64,000 bases of DNA, from positions 54,188,001 to 54,252,000 of the forward strand of contig OZ260667.1 in NCBI GenBank assembly GCA_965285935.1. The letters run 5' to 3'. The first letter of the stretch is position 1; the number at the start of each line of letters is the position of its first letter. This document shows, in pieces, positions 15,200-26,500 of the stretch. The DNA is from Ophelia neglecta. Lineage: Eukaryota. The notes under the pieces were generated by a model that saw only the letters and a program-made list of their open reading frames with translations, was not told the origin of the DNA and did not search any database. A program made the position numbers and the translations under genes.

Positions 15200-18100
15200 A
15201 TGCATTTTCCGGAATGCCAGGATATCATCTACAAGTCCATTCTCATCATATTCAACGTGGTAGTTGGGGTAAGTAGTATAGAATCGCTTGAGTCACTAGT
15301 GAATCGAAATTGGATTTTGTACAGGAGATGACATATAAATATTTGTATGAATATCCTAATATGCTAATTATCACAGGTAGGCAAAGGCCAACGGCACCCT
15401 AGTATAAATCATAATAACTGGTTTTAACTAACTAACCAATCACTTTCTTTACAAGGAGGTGTTGTAGTTGTGCATCAATTCCTGCAACCTTCCCCATAAC
15501 AAACATCTTATGTACAACAGAACCCCTGATCAAAGACCGCACTTAAGGTCCTGTGATTTTGGTCTTATGAGAGGGGTGGTCCTTCGTGAGTGGTTTGATC
15601 TTACATATGACATATCCATTATCAAATGTAAATCTTTCAGAAGGATCATCATATCTTAATTATTGTAAATAGCAAATAAGATGATAACTGTTCCTTACTG
15701 CTTTAATAATTAAACTTTGAAGTGGTTATTTCAAGAAAATAAATTAAATGTTGCAAAAATAGTAAGAATCACTGACTTCTGGAAAAAGTCCGTTATTGTT
15801 ATTTGTAACTTTTAATTGGTAATTAAATTAAATATATAGTATTTGGGCACTTCTTTTGTACCGCGATGTCTATAATTCGAATTATTAACTATGGTACCGT
15901 TATATCAAAACATCACCGAGTCTGATCTAGTAGCGTTGCAGTTTTATGGTTTGCAAGTAGTATGTCTGCATGTACTCCTACATATACTCATATTTAGTAG
16001 TATTGCATTATGGCTGGTCCCTTTGGTGATTACAAATTGCGACAGCATTCATGCTACTCAGTTTCCTGTTCAACTTGACGGCAAACCGTTATTTACAACA
16101 TTGTTAACCATACTTATGGCGTGATAAACATTGCAAAAATCAAGTAAGCAGGCCTAGACATGGAGTGGATGACTCCTTGATGTGTCTCAAGTAGGCAGAT
16201 ATGGCTCTTGATTGCTGCTTGCTTGGTTTATTGCAGTATATGCTGGCTTACAGGGCATAAGGAATGACCATTAGTGACAACTTGGCCTTTTTTACAGGGT
16301 TTTTTTGACCACACACACCCGGTTCTACTGTACAACCCAAATTAAAACAAAATCTCCTTCTCGGTTTACCTCAGCCGCCATAACACGCGTCATGGAAAAA
16401 AGGAATAGGGCACAAGGCTGGGTTTTCTCAAAAGTCTCCAGTTTACCAAAACACCCTCAAGGGTATCACATACATACAATTAATTAGTGTGGTAGATAAT
16501 AATAGGAGCGTGATGTATTTAGTTATGCCTGTGCTGTTTCCAAAATTCATGGGCTGCTTCTTATTATACAAGATGTTGACCGGGTATACATATTCCAAAA
16601 CGATTGTTTTTATTTATAACAAGATGGCCACTTATAGCATGATGGACAATTGATCTGTTGGTGAGAGAGGCCCGTTCAACGCCTTAGACCTTGACTCGAT
16701 CCCAGTATAAATCATTAACTGTGTTCTGTTTTCACTCACAGATAGTAGGAGTGTTTCTAGCCTGGCTTGGCGGTATACTTCAAACCGCCTTCGAGAAAGG
16801 CCTTACAGCGCTCTCCGCGCCAGTCTATGTAAAGCAAATTCTTCGCATGTTGGTGGATACGCTGGGAGTGAATATACTGCAAACCTTGGCCGTTTTCCTG
16901 CTGATAGTTAGTAAGTCACAAAAGGGGGAGTTCCATTTGATTTGAGGGCATGTGGTGTTTATTTCTATTTTGTTCTTCGGGTAAATAATACATATGCTAG
17001 CCCCTGGTTAATGAAACCAGTATCTTGATGAATACAACAACCCCTGCCCATTGAAATGAAACGAAACGCCACAAATTGACATCATTAAGCATGATCAAGA
17101 ATCACCTAATCTTTTTTTGATGACAATTTGACAATCCTTTTAATTTCGGCTTACATTCGCCTTAAAATGTTTATTTTATGAGTATACTTGTCTAGTTACC
17201 ATGAAACAATTACTACGAAATTTAAAGCAAGGATTGCAATCAATATTTATTTTATGTGTATTGTCACATCTTGAAGGTATATTCTTGCTGTTGATCAGTA
17301 TTTTTGGAATAGCTGGGTCGGTATTTCAACATCCATTTTGTCTTTGCATTGTGAGTATGAAAAACCCTTTTATATCAAAAGGCAAAAGGGCGAGACCCTA
17401 AATACAAGAAAATGGAAACACCTTTTTTGATATAAATTCCATTTAACACATGAAAATCTAAGCAAGATAAATGACATAATTAGTCAGATGGCCGGTATTG
17501 TCTGAGGCGTATTAAATGTCCACAAACTCTTAATCTTTTATTAGAAATTTCGAATATCGTTCTTGAATTAACAAGTAAACGATAAATGAAATAATGTGCA
17601 AGTAAATGCATTACTGGTTATAATCTTAAATTTATTCTAGTTCATGGTGCTTATGGGGTTATTGTTGGCTGCAGAACTTGGTCTTGTCATCAGTACTGCA
17701 GGAGGTAAAGCTAGTGTAGGTATCTGCAGGAGATAATGTTATATACCTGTTTTAGTATTCAAAATAACAAAAGAAGGAAGTTTAGTCGGTTAAAGGAAAA
17801 TCAACCGTTGATTGCCTGGATGATTGAATACATTCTAATCGGGAGGTATGAACTGAGTCTATAGTTCTAAAACGGCTGTGAAAAGTCTTACTTTGGACAT
17901 TAGCCAATCGCACGGCAGACGCTCCCTGTGTTAAATGTGAGAAGAGAAAATGCAGTATCTATCCTCCTAACCTTCTTGCAATCAAACAGTGAAAAAAGTG
18001 TTACATGACTTTAACGTACTCCAATGACCATTATTTGCTGTATATTCAGTATTTGCAGTATTTCCACAAGAATCATTTAACGCTTTTTATCCATTACCAG

Positions 18101-21100
18101 CTGCAGCGTAGTCTGGAAAATGGCCTGATAAAGACAATGCCACTGTATGAAGGAGCCGGTAAGAGAACCCCCAAGTTACAGAAATAAATTAACGATCAGG
18201 AGTATCTTGTTATTGATGTACAAAGCTAAATACATAGTATTATGGGTATACAATAATAATAACAATAGGCTACAATAGATTCAGTATTGTGCAAAGATAG
18301 GATTGCTACAAATATTCTGTGTTCGTATTACAAAGATATAATTGAGCAATTCAAGAAAAGAGGCTACCTTTGAAACTACAAACGATTCTATCCTGCAATT
18401 ATTCTATAGAAACATGCAACATCAAATTCATTTACATAAGAAACGTAATATATATATTTTAACAGACCTTCTGCTACCTTTTTCAGGAATGCACTACGTG
18501 TCTGGCGTTCTGAAATGGTCGGACCCAGATTCCGGCGTGGTGTCATACCCTTGGGATTACATGCACGTCCAGGTATATTAGGAAAACTATTTAAAATTAA
18601 ACAACAGTACATGAATGTCTGAACATCCAACATGTATTATGATTCGTTTTACAGGGGGTATATTTTAACAAATGGAACCCATGACTTGTTTAATGAGTTA
18701 TTTTCACTACCAGTTAAAAGCTGAGATAAAGTTCTTCAGTTGAATGGAGGATATCAGTGATTCCTGTGTGGAGTGACATAATTACCATTTTATTAAAATG
18801 TCATAACATTATTGTGTCGTGTTAGCATACTTTTAACAGCGCTATGTTCGACAATGGTGGAGGGCGGAGCTCTTCTTAATTCTCTCTATACTCGACACTA
18901 TGTTCTAAGTATCCATACACATACAGCACATACAGACACACACACACACATCATACTTTTCCCTCCAGGACTCAATTGGAACGCCGCTTAAGAACAGTAA
19001 TTTTAGATTGTGTAATGATAAACTAATTGTTAAAAATACACATGGCATACCAAGCAATTTGCATGATACTATATCAAAATGAGTTCTGTTTTAACGGCTT
19101 AGGTGGGATGTTGTGGGGTGAACGGAACTGGTCTCTGGGCTGAGTCCTTCAACGCCTCGTACCTTCTACCATCAACAACAACAGTAATCGCATCTAAGGT
19201 AAAGATTGTTTTTTAGTTATTGGCAAATGCAACAAAAATATGAGTTGATATATGGTATTTGGAACGTGTCTGCCAAACCCAGTCTTAGTTTAACACAGTC
19301 AAGAATATCACGGGGACGGCACCATGAATATGACCGAATATCAAACATCAGCATCTCCACCATTGGGTCTTCGGAAAGCGTTCCCTCTCAGGTTAGGATT
19401 GCTGCCCCAAACTACATTTAAGCCTGTTGAATTATATCCAAAGGTTTCCTTTTCCAGTTTCCTCTCTCCTGCTGCGCCACAAACAGCACCAGTAGCGTCC
19501 TGAGGGATGCGTCAGGAATAACGTTTATCGATGCCAATAGTTGTCTGACCAGTTCCACTGCCGCCTACACCAATACAAAGGTATTGTGATAGTTAACATG
19601 GATAGCCGCTGGTCAACGGGCACGACTGAATACAGCTACATTGACTTAAACGATAAATGTAAAGACTTGATTAGAAATTACTGGAAAGTTCTTTTATCGA
19701 TAGTTGTTCTCACTCCTCTGGTCATTGACTACATGTACCGACACGTTTGCCGAAGAAAAACTATATTAGAAAATAGGTATGCCTGGCCGGTGGAATGGCC
19801 ATAGGTGTTGACCTGCTCATTCGATTTTATTAAATGAAATATAAAGCAAACGTGCAATGACATTGGCAATATGAGGCTAGTGGCCAGACACAGGAAGAGA
19901 CGCAAGGTTGTAGAATTGGTCTTATGATGAGGGTGCGTGGTGTGAGCGTGTGTGTGGGTGTGTGTGAGTGTGTGCATGGAGGAGGGGGGGGGGGGGTTCG
20001 CAAATGGCAACTTCACATAGACACACATTTCCGTTCATTTATGACTAGCTCTACATTTACTTTTCTTGCCATTTAACACGCCTACTTCCATAAGAATTTT
20101 AAACTGCAATTGCCATGGGGCAGCAGGGTGTTGCTTTATACAATGAGAAAACATTCATTTGGTTAAATGACGTCGATTCTGTAATAATAAGACTTATAAC
20201 AACTCCACAGTTTGTGTTGTAGGCCAATTTGTCCATATGCAATGTACCCTCACGCACTAGGTAATGTGTTCTAGCTAACAGTACCTAAACTACTTAACTT
20301 GATGTCTACAGGGCTGTGTGCAGGCTTTGTTTGACGAGATATGGACAGTTATGCTCGTCCCCGTTGGAATTATGGGAGGAATAATAGGCGTACAGGTTAG
20401 CAATCACTGCTTTTACTCAAGCATAAATTTATCAAAACAAAAAGTTGCTGTAATACATCGATTCATATTGTCTTCAATGCGATGATGCATGGTACAATTA
20501 TTCTCTCTAAAAACGTAATTGCAATAAGTCCCAGGGTTCGGTTTCTCCAAGCGGTTTTAAGTTTTGGATTAGACTTTAATCGTTATTTCAATTGACCAGG
20601 GTTAGGTTTTACACCAAAATTACTAGGTTCAGCTTCCAGAAATTCAGATAAGCAAGTTAGGACATATTAAGCACTTTAATCCTGATTTTAATTCGAGTTA
20701 AGACTTAAGACCGCTCCCAAGAAACCAGGCCCGTGTAGTAGTAGTAGTAGATTTCTTTTATTATACTGACTATGCCACCATATACAAAGATATACTGTTT
20801 TTTAACAATGGCCCAGCCCTATGGGCTTACAAAGTCACTTTTATCAATTATAATCACTTTAACAGTTACCACTTACATAGCTGTTTAGACCCAAGGTACA
20901 TATTACGCTGTTGGCAAAAACATCCAATTACAAATTCATTTTTGCATGTGGAAACTAAGTAAATAAACTATTTCTTCTAATTGTATATGCATTTTTTTTA
21001 TATATTTTGCTGTAATTCTGTGACTAGAGTTTAACCATTTTTTAATTTATCTTCTAGACTCAATATGTCTAGATCTGGACATGTGTTTTTAGCTTTAGAT

Positions 21101-21645
21101 AACCATATATTTCTGATGCTATGATACCTAGGGCATGTAAACAGGAAATGACATTCATCTTCAACTTCACCACCGTGTAATAACAGGTTAATGACGTATA
21201 AAACGCACAACTATCACCAGTTGTGATATATTTGGTAGTTTTTATCAGCTAGAAGTGACATACATGACGAGGTTTCACCCTGATCTAGACGCTATGGCTG
21301 GTCCAAGATAAAAACACTGTCGCGTATCAGTCAATGTTTCGTCTTTACTTATACAGTGAAACCTGCCGTAAAGACCACCTCTTTACTCAGACCACCTGCC
21401 AATTCAGACCACCTGCCAATTCAGACTAGTAATATGAGAACCATTCTGTATGCTTTTAATGGTAAATAACCTGTCTAAAAAGACCACCTCTGAAATCAGA
21501 CCACTTATTTCCAGTCCCCTTGGTGGTCTTAATTCACAGGTTTCACTGTTTATAACAAAACTCTACAAATGTATTTTTTCAGATTGTGGAGATTGTTTGT
21601 GCCGTATGTCTGATTTACACCGCCAGAGAAGGAAGTCTAGTATAA
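15200..21645 (+). CDS. Tetraspanin paralogue 2 (10 coding exons, 298 aa)
   Basis: Exons 15200-15268, 16742-16910, 17277-17350, 17641-17715, 18101-18158, 18487-18572, 19103-19198, 19458-19580, 20312-20395, 21583-21645. Same phases and near-identical exon sizes to paralogue 1. Motifs PWDYMH, GCCG, PLSCC, GC; ends CLIYTAREGSLV*. Candidate polyA signal at 22232-22237. Confidence 0.93.
20534..20732. mobile_element. MITE (PIF/Harbinger-like TIRs)
   Basis: Left end GGGTTCGGTTTCTCCAAGCGGTTTTAAGT resembles the reverse complement of the right end (GGGCCTGGTTTCTTGGGAGCGGTCTTAAGT). Related copy at 10513. No clean TSD seen. Confidence 0.7.
20738..21172 (-). mobile_element. 5'-truncated LINE 3' end (RTE-X-like) with 7-bp TSD
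   Basis: Minus strand encodes EVEDECHFLFTCPRYHSIR (C-terminal Cys/His motif of LINE ORF2), then a 3' UTR, AATAAA and a (CTA)n tail. Flanked by CCGTGTA at 20731-20737 and 21173-21179. Confidence 0.8.
21354..21548. mobile_element. Tc1/mariner-pogo-type MITE (195 bp)
   Basis: TIRs CAGTGAAACCTG...AAGACCACC / GGTGGTCTT...CAGGTTTCACTG. TA on the left flank, TT on the right. Internal AGACCAC repeats. Confidence 0.8.
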
Positions 21646-22317
21646 CGAAGGAACAAAACAAAATATGAATTACTTTAACAGCTAGGGTATTATAGTGCCT
21701 CTTCCGTGTTTACTGCTTGGTTTTTCATGCGTTCTTGATATGTTGTGAACTTGGTCAGTACTTGGTTGAATTGTAACAGAACTATAGTTCTCGTATTATT
21801 CTTTTCGAGATTTTAAAAAGCATCAACTTGCATGGACAAGCAGTATGACATCCAATTTCTAGTTATAGCTTTCGCCCTTTTAATGAGGCCCGTATAATGT
21901 GCATGAATGCCAAGTGAAAACTTGCAGTTCTACCATTCGCCATTGATCAAAAAAAGATCTGACATGTGAACTACTATTTGTTGCCTATGATGTGTAGGAT
22001 AAGCGATATAATTGACGTAAATGAAAATAATGTACTACTACCATGGGACAATTTATGACCTATTATTCTGTGTATTTTTTACATGGTTATATAGCATATA
22101 CTGCTAGGCTTCAACTGTTTGATAATAATAGTATTTCATAAGGAGCTGACTATATACTAGGAAAAGATTACCACTTGCTGTTGCCCAAAGCTTTTGAACA
22201 AACACTTAATACTGTACCTCTTTATGATACAAATAAAGCATATTTGAAATGTACTGCATTAATCATATTTATAACAGAAAACACACACAAATAGACTACA
22301 AGGAATGTCAGTTTAGG

Positions 22318-22738
22318 TGTAACAGTAGCTGCACTACTAATGCACTACTTATTTTAAACTACCTAGCTTTCTCTGATATTAGTTTGCGCAGCTAGCGCTT
22401 GGTGGCTGCACCAGTTTTTGATTTTGCGTGGTACGCCAGATGGCCAGTGAGATGGCTGTCCTCCTTCTCGACGTGTCAACCTTTTAAGGAGATTTTAGTC
22501 GAAAGTAAAGGGACCAAGGAGGTAATTAGTGTTACGTTTAATAACTTTAATCGGAAGCCATAGATATTACTAATACCAGCAGGTGTAAGCTGTATTTCAT
22601 GGTCATATTGTTTTGTTGTAGTTTTCACGGTGACAACGTATGGTTGAAATAAACGCTGGAAAGGCCTATGTCATCAGTTGAGTCTCCTTGTGTGTCTTAA
22701 TACGTCCCGGGTAGACATCGCCCCTGTCTGCCCTAACA
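22318..22738 (+). repeat. 5' LTR
   Basis: TGTAACAG...CCCTAACA; no difference from the 3' LTR on manual comparison. TATA-like TTTTAAG at 22482-22488, GT-AG intron candidate 22522-22621, AATAAA at 22648-22653. Confidence 0.97.
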
Positions 22739-22752
22739 GTGAAAACTCCTTG
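22739..22752 (+). other. Non-tRNA primer-binding-site candidate
   Basis: GTGAAAACTCCTTG follows the LTR directly and lacks TGG. It is the exact reverse complement of CAAGGAG|TTTTCAC (22515-22521 joined to 22622-22628). Confidence 0.7.
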
Positions 22753-23570
22753 AAAGCAGTTCGACGTATATAGCCAGCCAGTATCCTTGCATGTACATGC
22801 AGGCTCCATGCTAGAAGTTTAGACGTATTTGGGCTGGTGGTAACGCTGGTGCCTGTGGAGTGATCGTGTGACCTACATTCGAGCCGCCGCTGTGTCTGAG
22901 TGTGGACCCGTACATGCAGCAGCCGGGCCGGACCGTATACAGGCGTGACCAGGTTATATGTACTCTGTAGGAGCGAGCTTTGTGAGGCCAGCCGTCTGAG
23001 GAGCCTGTATCGTCGGAGGATTGCTGTATTTAAATGAGGGTAGAATGCGTTGCACTTGCACACTGGTGGTATTTACTGTAAATCTGGTGATTTTGTGTTC
23101 ACATATATAATATGTATTCCACGCTATGTAAAGCATATACATGCATGTCTACACTACTTGACCACTTCAGTTCAGTGTTTATAGCTGTAATTTAGTTGAA
23201 AATTTACTCACTAGTAAACTGTCACTGAGTGTAATTGTATATTTGTGAAATTGTAAATTACATGTGACTGAGCTTTATGTCCACATAGGTAGACTACAAA
23301 GTAGTATTGTGGCTTTCATAATTTTGTGTGTTTTATACTTGTTGTATCATTGCAGTGTCTCTGCATATCATTTCTGCTTGTAGACTGAGTGACAAATTAT
23401 ATTGCAATACTGTCTTGATTACCTTTGCGGGTCACCTTTGATATTTTTGTCTGCTTGAGTTGCCTGATTCATCTGCATTGTGTTTCTGAGTGTCTATTTT
23501 GTATTTGATTTTGAGATATGACCTGTATTTCCAGCAGTGTATATTGTGTACCTGGGCATATCGGTTTGTA

Positions 23571-26500
23571 ATGGCAACTGCTCATGACCAGGATAATTTG
23601 ACACAGGCTAGTGGGGGGCCTCAAACCGAAAATGTGTCCCGCGAAGATCGCGAACGCGTGCGTACTCTCACAGAAAAGGGTGTGGCTTATAATTTAGATG
23701 TCTCGAGGAGAAATTACCGCTCTGCTATATCCGCATGGCGCAAGGCTGCTGGACAGCTATCCACGCTGCTCACTGAAACAGAAGACATTGCCACTTTGAG
23801 GAGAAGTCGCACTCAGGTAGAGGAAATATTGGGAGTGGTGGAAGCTGAATATAACAAATATTGCAGTATACTTTCTCAAGCAGATCCCGATGAAAAGGAA
23901 AGATTATTTGATCAATATGATGCTATTGAAAGGGATCATTTTAACCTCATGGGTCTGTGTACTAATGTGATGCTTGACTTGGAGGAAGCTGGTTCTATGA
24001 TTTCCAAGCGTAGTTCTACGTCAAACCGTGGTCATGGCTCTCGCGTTTCACACAGATCACAAGAGTCCGCTGTTTCCATGATGTCAAGACAAGCAGATAT
24101 TGCTGCCAAAGCAGCAGCCCTGAAAGCTGAACTGCGATACATTGAAGCTGAAGCAAAGCAGCGTGCAGAAGCAGAGAGGCTTAGGACCTTAAAGGAAATA
24201 GATGTGGCTGAGGCAAGGTTCAAGGCGATAGCGAAGCTAGCCAGTGCTACCACACAAGAGGTTTCAAAACAGCCCAAGCTTCCTGATGTACCTGACGGGA
24301 GAAAGTTGCTTCTAGATCAGTATTTACAGAGTGTGGAGAAAAAAGAGAGCTTACCCGACAAGGCGGTACAAGACGTGGTGCCCAGTCGAGATGACTTACC
24401 TAATGATGATCAGCTGCCACAGAAAGTGACGCCTGCTCCTTGTGAATATTTGCCAATTGAGTCCTCGGAGCATGGTGGGCTGCAGCTTCCGGAAGAAGAG
24501 GATACAGGAGGCTCGCAGGTGCCAGAACGTTGTTCATCTGCTGCTCTGTCTCAGGTAGGCAGTAGGGGTGACCTGGTCCACTTGCTGAGGTCTGTTTTGA
24601 ATGCTGGTAGATTGCCCATGCCTGAACCTGGTGTTTTCACAGGCGACCCATTGGAGTACCCTGGCTGGAAGGAATCCTTCGGCACCCTAATCGAGCGTAA
24701 AGGCATACCACCCCCAGAGAAGATACATTTTCTGAGAAGATACCTGGGTGGACCTGCCAAGCAGGCTGTGGAGGGCTTCCTATTGTTGTCAAATGGTGGA
24801 GCCTTTGAAGAGGCAAAGGCTCTGTTGGATCAAAGATATGGCGATCCATTTCTCATCGCTAAGGCATTCCGGGACAAGTTGGAACGGTGGCCCAGAGTCC
24901 CCCCGAGAGATGGCACAGCCCTGCGATCGTATGGCGACTTCCTAGGTCAATGCGAGGTAGCCATGAAAAGCATCGATAGCTTGAACGTTCTCAACGACGA
25001 CAGAGAGAATCAAAAGATGCTGCAAAAGCTTCCTGACTGGGTGGTCGCCAGATGGGGCAGAGTGGTATTCGAGACGAAGGAAACCAGTGGAACTTTCCCA
25101 ACCTTCCATAAATTTGTAAAGTTTATTACAAAGGAGGCTGACATCGCATGTGATCCCGTGACATCACTTCAGGGCCTCAAGGTGAAGGACAGGGTAGCCG
25201 ATAGTGACGGATACGCTAAGAAAAAAAATACCCGAACTTCAGGTGCTCGCGCATTGACAACGTCAGCTGGTGAACTCAAAAAGAAGACAGAAAAGGTGGA
25301 TATGGATCCCTGCATCTGTTGTGGAAAAGGGCATGACGTGGATACCTGCAAGGTGTTTCTGAAGAAGTCCGTAGAAGAGAGAAAGGATATGGCCAGGGAT
25401 TGTGGTCTTTGCTTCGGATGTCTGAGAACTGGGCACCGATCCAAATTCTGTAAGAATAGGAAGACTTGCCAGATATGCTCCAAACGGCATCCTACTTCTC
25501 TGCACGGCAATACAGGGCAGCCGGCAAACGTATCTCAATCCGGAGCAGGCTCATCGAGGAAGTCCGTCGCTGGTGAGACTGATGGTGAGTCCAGTATCCT
25601 AAATAAAGCCGACCAGGCTGTAGCCTCAGTGGATGGGCCTACGCAGCCAGGATATCCAGTTGGTTGGTCGACAGCTGATGAGACTGCAGCCCAGGTACAT
25701 TGGTCGGGCAAACCGCGACCACATGTTTCTCAGTTCAACAGTGTTGGTCCCGGCAGGAAGTGTTCCTTGACTGTCCCTGTTTGGGTGTCTCACAGTAACG
25801 GCCCTGGGGTGGAAGTCCTTACATACGCTCTTCTCGACACGCAGTCGGACACAACGTTTATTCTCCAGGAGACTTGCGACTTGCTGGGACTTCAAGGTCC
25901 TCAAGTTACTCTCCTCTTGTCCACTATGTCTGCTGAGAGTCAAAGGGTGGAAAGCAGCCGTATCGAGGGGCTGAAAGTGCGGGGTTTCGACCAGGAGACA
26001 TCAAAACAGATCTCACTACCTCCAGCATATACTAGAGAGATTATGCCCGCGAACCTTTCCCACATCCCGACTCCAGAGCTAGCAAAGCAGTGGCCACACT
26101 TATCGAGAATCGCTAACAAATTAATGCCGTTAAGCAACTGCGGGGTGGGGATGCTGATTGGCTACAATTGTGCCAGGGCTCTCACACCTAGGGAAGTCAT
26201 TCCACCGGTTGGGAATGGTCCATTTGCTCAGCGCACTGACCTTGGTTGGGGGATCGTGGGAATGATGGACCCAGATAACCAAGAGGATTGTTTGAGCGAC
26301 AGAATTGGGGTCAGTCATCATGTTGGTCAGTTGTATGGTTCGGTCGTCTCATTCCGAACCAGTATCAAGGAAGAGTTGACTCCCTTCCAAGTGACGAGCT
26401 TATTGGAGTCAGATTTTCGAGACACCAAGGGTGAGGACAAGCTCGTTTCTCTTGAGGATCCCAGTTTCTTGGCCAAATTAGAGAAAGGTATCCATCAGGA

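Noticed and set aside
21370-21505. CRISPR-like repeats of AGACCACCT
   Set aside because: They are internal repeats of a TIR MITE in a eukaryotic intron, with irregular spacing and no cas genes.
23490-23570. 27-aa N-terminal extension of the polyprotein in the ORF track
   Set aside because: It starts at GTG in intron-like sequence; the first ATG, in good context, is at 23571.
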